NCBI RefSeq assembly: GCF_014280195.1
Contig: NZ_CP047960.1
Span: 1,110,001-1,142,000 of the forward strand
DNA: 32,000 nt
Direction: 5' to 3'
From: Synechococcus sp. A15-24
GTDB lineage: Bacteria; Cyanobacteriota; Cyanobacteriia; PCC-6307; Cyanobiaceae
Shown here: piece by piece, positions 28,412 through 32,000 of the stretch
Position numbering within the stretch: position 1 is the stretch's first letter
Layout: every line of letters starts with the position of its first letter
Made by a program: the position numbers and the translations under genes
Notes under the pieces: model-generated
The model's input: only the letters and a program-made list of their open reading frames with translations
The model's database searches: none
What the model was told of the DNA's origin: nothing

Positions 28412-30090
28412 CGATCTCTCAGAAACAGCTGTTCCGAGGATGCCGCAGGTTCCCAGCTGAGGCACCACCGTTCCACTCCAGGAACCGCACAAAGTTGAGT
28501 TGTGCCGAGGTAGTTGCGACGGGCATAGGTGACCAGTGCCGGTCGATCCACCCTCAGCAGCAAGGGAAGATCCGTTGAGGCGTTCACCCGTCTGCCATCG
28601 ATGGCAATAAGTTCATCGCCACTAACCAGTGCCGCAGCGCGGCCAGGACTATCCAAGGCGACACGCCTCACAACAACACGACCGTTGACATCAGCCAGGG
28701 TCAGACCGTGATCGGGTCCAGCCAGGGGTACGGGATCGAATCGCGCTCCAATCAGAGCTGCCGTGTCCTGAAGGGGCAAGGCGCCAGGACTGTCCAGCCA
28801 CTGGTCGAGATCATCGGCAAGACCGGGATCAACGGCTTTCAGCAACACGGTGAGATCCTCCCGAACAAAGCCTCGCCCCACCGTTCCGTGTGTCATCCAG
28901 AGAGCACGAAGCTGTTCCGCCAGGGAACTGTCCCTCTGCCGAAGGCGCACATCCAGACAGAACGCCGTGGCGGCCCCGAGGCGGTAGTAGCTGATTTGGC
29001 TGTCAGCTGAGACCGCAGTGGCCTTGTACAACTTCACCCAGGCTTCCTGAGCGCTGGCAGCCAGGGATTGCACCCGCCGCCCAGGAGCCATCAGCACCCT
29101 GGACAGCTCATCACTGAGATCTTTCAGCAATGTGGAGCGATCACTGCAGCCAGCCAGAAGCGGCAACACGAGGTCGAAGTAGCTGGTGATTCCCTCGGCG
29201 AACCAAAGCCCTTCGCTGACAACGGGGTGGCCGTAGTCGTAGGGGCGGAACTCCCGTGGGCGCAGTCGTCGCACATTCCACTGGTGCAGATATTCGTGGC
29301 CCACCAGCTGCAGCAATTGCCGGTAACCATCCGGTTTCGCCAGGGCTGACCAGTTGAACTGCAATACAGCACTGTGATCGTGCTCAAGGCCGCCATAGCC
29401 GCTGTCAAGCATCTGAATGACCAGCTGATAGCGATCACCCGCCGGAGGGGGGGTGCCCATCAAGCGACAGGTGGCTTCACAGACCCGTTCAACATCCGCC
29501 TTCAGCGTGGTCGGCCATCCCCCCGGCGGGTCCCCCATGAGCAGCAACTCGTGCTGACGCTCTTGAACACGAAAAAGCTGGCTTTCAAACGGACCTGCCT
29601 GGACTGGACTATCTAACAAATCGTCGAAATCGGCGGCGCGCCATCCATCCCCATCACTTGGGAGGGGGCAGTGGACCTGCCAGGCGTCAGCGATATTCAC
29701 AGTGAGTCGATGGGGAGTCCACCGGCATCCATCAAGTTCCATCACCACTGCAGCGAGGCTGAAGGAGGCGAACTCCGGATCGACAAAGGCGGTCCGCACC
29801 GTCAGGTCCCTGGCTTCCACCACATAGCTGAGGCACAGCGGCCCTGAATCGAGATCGTCCACCAGCCATTGATGGGGCGCAAGACGTCGCAGTGAGACGA
29901 CACCTGTGGCAGCCGTCAGCTGCAGGCTGTGCAGATGCTGGACGGGATCACGGATGGTGTACGAACCAGGTGTCCAAAGGGGGAACTGCAGGATCTGGCG
30001 TGGGGTGGAGCCTGTCCACCGCATCGTGACGCGAATGCGCTGTTCTTCTGGTTGAACAAGATCCAGATGAACGTGAACGTCGCCGTTCAC
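28393..30090 (-). CDS. M61 family (glycyl aminopeptidase-like) metallopeptidase with a C-terminal PDZ domain
   Basis: 565 aa with a GTG start. It has an HExxH motif (VGHEYLHQWN) and a PDZ-like segment (GLTLADVNGRVVVRRVALDSPGRAAALVSGDELIAIDGRRV). Confidence 0.9.
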   Translation of the reverse strand: MNGDVHVHLDLVQPEEQRIRVTMRWTGSTPRQILQFPLWTPGSYTIRDPVQHLHSLQLTAATGVVSLRRLAPHQWLVDDLDSGPLCLSYVVEARDLTVRTAFVDPEFASFSLAAVVMELDGCRWTPHRLTVNIADAWQVHCPLPSDGDGWRAADFDDLLDSPVQAGPFESQLFRVQERQHELLLMGDPPGGWPTTLKADVERVCEATCRLMGTPPPAGDRYQLVIQMLDSGYGGLEHDHSAVLQFNWSALAKPDGYRQLLQLVGHEYLHQWNVRRLRPREFRPYDYGHPVVSEGLWFAEGITSYFDLVLPLLAGCSDRSTLLKDLSDELSRVLMAPGRRVQSLAASAQEAWVKLYKATAVSADSQISYYRLGAATAFCLDVRLRQRDSSLAEQLRALWMTHGTVGRGFVREDLTVLLKAVDPGLADDLDQWLDSPGALPLQDTAALIGARFDPVPLAGPDHGLTLADVNGRVVVRRVALDSPGRAAALVSGDELIAIDGRRVNASTDLPLLLRVDRPALVTYARRNYLGTTQLCAVPGVERWCLSWEPAASSEQLFLRDRWFRFL

Positions 30091-30091
30091 C

Positions 30092-30442
30092 TCAGAACGA
30101 CTCGATGGTCATCGTCGCGGTGGATCCAAAGCAATCCATCGACTCAAGAGCAGCAAGAAGCGCATATCGCCGTGCCACCCGCTGGAGCCTTGCCTCTAGA
30201 CCCTGATGGCGGGCCAGCCGTTGCAGATCACCCACCATGGTGATCACTCCATCGGATCCCAAAACCCAGCCAATGGATGGGGAACCATCAGGCAGGGAGG
30301 CAAGCAGATCCACCGGATGGGACTTGCCATTGAAGGGGGCCATCACAGCACTCTTGACGACACCAAATCCTTCGTGATGCAGAGCTGCTTCCAGCAGATC
30401 TGCACGTGTGTAGGCGGTCGGCAGGATGGAGAGATGGGACAT
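30092..30442 (-). CDS. DUF1257 (Ycf35-like) protein
   Basis: 116 aa. The N-terminus MSHLSILPT...ADLLEAAL...G is typical of DUF1257 as I recall it. Its stop lies 1 nt from the M61 GTG. Confidence 0.72.
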   Translation of the reverse strand: MSHLSILPTAYTRADLLEAALHHEGFGVVKSAVMAPFNGKSHPVDLLASLPDGSPSIGWVLGSDGVITMVGDLQRLARHQGLEARLQRVARRYALLAALESMDCFGSTATMTIESF

Positions 30443-30449
30443 GAACTGA

Positions 30450-31118
30450 ATGCCCGCTTTTTCAGACCCTAGCCAGCAGATGCCATCTGACCAGGCCCTG
30501 ATTCATCCATCGTCAGGAGGAGCATCCGATCTCGATCCCACGGTCAGAGTGGGCGTGATGGCATCGGGTAACGGAAGCAATTTCGAGGCCTTGGCAACAG
30601 CGATCCGGGATGGACACATCAATGCCGAGATCGCTCTGTTGGTGGTGAACAACCCTGGCTGCGGTGCCCAACAACGGGCTGCACGGCTCGGCATTCCCTG
30701 GCAACTGTTCAATCATCGGGACTACGACAGCCGCTCAGCACTCGACCGTGACCTGGTGCAGCGATTCCAATCGCTGGGCGTAGAAGGGATTGTGATGGCG
30801 GGCTGGATGCGCATTGTCACCAACGAGTTGATTCAGGCCTTCCCAGACCGGCTGATCAACATCCATCCATCGCTTCTGCCCAGCTTCCGGGGGCTTGATG
30901 GCGTCGGCCAGGCCCTCAAGGCCGGGGTCCGAGTCGCTGGTTGCACGGTTCATCTGCTTACAGAGGACCTGGATGCCGGTCCGATCCTGGTTCAGGCAGC
31001 AGTGCCGGTACTCGACGGTGACAGTCACGACAGCCTGTCCCAGCGGATTCAACAACAGGAACATCGCATCCTGCCCACTGGCCTGACGCTGGCAGCTGAT
31101 CGCTGGCGTCAGGGGTAA
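30450..31118 (+). CDS. purN: phosphoribosylglycinamide formyltransferase
   Basis: Motifs VMASGNGSNFEAL, NIHPSLLPSFRG and GCTVHLLTEDLDAGPI. The coordinates give the longest ORF. The true start is probably downstream (ATG at 30480 or GTG at 30549), because canonical PurN begins just before the GNGSN motif. Confidence 0.88.
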   Translation: MPAFSDPSQQMPSDQALIHPSSGGASDLDPTVRVGVMASGNGSNFEALATAIRDGHINAEIALLVVNNPGCGAQQRAARLGIPWQLFNHRDYDSRSALDRDLVQRFQSLGVEGIVMAGWMRIVTNELIQAFPDRLINIHPSLLPSFRGLDGVGQALKAGVRVAGCTVHLLTEDLDAGPILVQAAVPVLDGDSHDSLSQRIQQQEHRILPTGLTLAADRWRQG

Positions 31119-32000
31119 AAACTCTGCAAGGGAAGCCCTGTCTCCGGCGGCAGGCCATGCATCAGGTTCAGGCATTGCACCCCCTGTCCAGCCTGACCTT
31201 TGATCAGGTTGTCGATGGCGCTCATCAGGATCATCTGCCCGGTTCTTGTGTCCACCTGAACGGAGACCAACGCGCGATTGGTGTGCCGTGCCCACTTGGT
31301 GGCTGGATAGGTGCCCACCGGCAGCACGGAAACGCAGTGGTGGTGCCGATACACCGCATCGAGAACCGTTGTGCAGTCCTCAGCGGTCAGACCAGGATCC
31401 CGCAGGCGCGCGTACACCGTTGATAAGAGTCCACGCACCATCGGCACGAGATGGGCAGTGAATTGCAACCGAACATCCTGTCCAGCGACCTCCCGGGCCA
31501 TCTGTTCGATTTCCGAGGTATGCCTATGTCCGATCACGCCGTAAGGGGCAATCGACTCTGAGGCCTCTGCCAGCAACATCGTCTCTTTGGGAACACGACC
31601 GCCACCGGATGTGCCTGTTTTGGCGTCGATGACGATGCCGTCGGTGTCGATCAGGCCCTGCTTGAGGAAGGGAAGCAACGGAAGCAGGCTTGCGGTCGGG
31701 AAGCAACCGGGCGCGGCGACCAACCTGGCCTCGGCAATGGCAGGACCATGCCACTCCGGCAATCCATACACCGCCTTTCGGCAGAGGTCCGAATCGTCCC
31801 GTGAGAGACGGTTGGCCTCCTGGCCGTACACCTGACTCCACTGCTCCAGCGATCGGTAGCGAAAGTCGGCCGAGAGATCCACCACCCGCACACCTCGCTG
31901 CAGAAGCTCCGGTGCGAGTTGACAGGCCAATCCATTGGGGAGGCTGAGGACGGCATAATCCGCGGCCTCAGCGATGCGCTCAGCATCAGCGGACTGAACA
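31109..32000 (-). CDS. argC: N-acetyl-gamma-glutamyl-phosphate reductase, C-terminal two-thirds (5' end outside the window)
   Basis: My translation stays open to base 32000 (...VQSADAERIAEAADYAVLSLPNGLACQLAPELL...). The ArgC active-site region is AAPGCFPTASLL. The TTG start at 31930 in the track is an artefact of the window edge. Confidence 0.92.
   Translation of the reverse strand, partial: VQSADAERIAEAADYAVLSLPNGLACQLAPELLQRGVRVVDLSADFRYRSLEQWSQVYGQEANRLSRDDSDLCRKAVYGLPEWHGPAIAEARLVAAPGCFPTASLLPLLPFLKQGLIDTDGIVIDAKTGTSGGGRVPKETMLLAEASESIAPYGVIGHRHTSEIEQMAREVAGQDVRLQFTAHLVPMVRGLLSTVYARLRDPGLTAEDCTTVLDAVYRHHHCVSVLPVGTYPATKWARHTNRALVSVQVDTRTGQMILMSAIDNLIKGQAGQGVQCLNLMHGLPPETGLPLQSFYP

Noticed and set aside
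1-32000. Window-wide search for mobile elements, CRISPR repeats, toxin-antitoxin pairs, restriction-modification or other defence genes, and compositional islands
   Set aside because: No translation shows transposase, integrase, Cas, nuclease-helicase defence or TA signatures. No direct or inverted repeat pairs were seen by eye. Composition appears uniformly GC-rich, and the gene order looks like housekeeping core genome.

Overview
GC-rich, almost gap-free sequence that looks like core chromosome of a marine picocyanobacterium (Synechococcus-type). That assignment is an inference from gene content: hemJ, DUF1995, DUF4330, a DUF1257/ycf35-like gene, and a few HIP1 octamers. I can support about 30 protein-coding genes, nearly all housekeeping. 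In window order they are: a DUF2237 fragment, two small hypotheticals, metH, ilvE, cobN, a disordered K/E-rich protein, a PHP phosphoesterase, hemJ, a CryB/PhrB-type photolyase homologue, a small secreted protein, uvrC, a flavin-reductase-domain protein, coaD, a Q/E-rich coiled-coil protein, dacB (PBP4), DUF4330, DUF1995, a NifS/IscS-like cysteine desulfurase, dapF, leuS, pgi, a secreted SLT-like protein, a His-rich secreted mini-protein, an Amidase_2 cell-wall amidase, an M61/PDZ peptidase, DUF1257, purN and a partial argC. I found no rRNA, tRNA, CRISPR array, transposase, integrase, prophage or recognisable defence or toxin-antitoxin module, and no intergenic gap large enough to hide one. 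I therefore do not see a convincing novel system here. The findings are modest oddities in an ordinary core region. They are: a photolyase homologue with too few cysteines for its family's Fe-S cluster; a tightly packed repair/light-related gene run with a secreted mini-protein wedged into it; a Cys-rich C-terminal tail on DapF that overlaps the next gene; a possible unannotated small ORF between dapF and leuS; a stop-codon-to-stop-codon palindrome between leuS and pgi; a His-rich mini-protein with an OMP-like C-terminus; and several convergent gene overlaps. All homology calls rest on motifs recognised by eye in the supplied translations. No database search was run.
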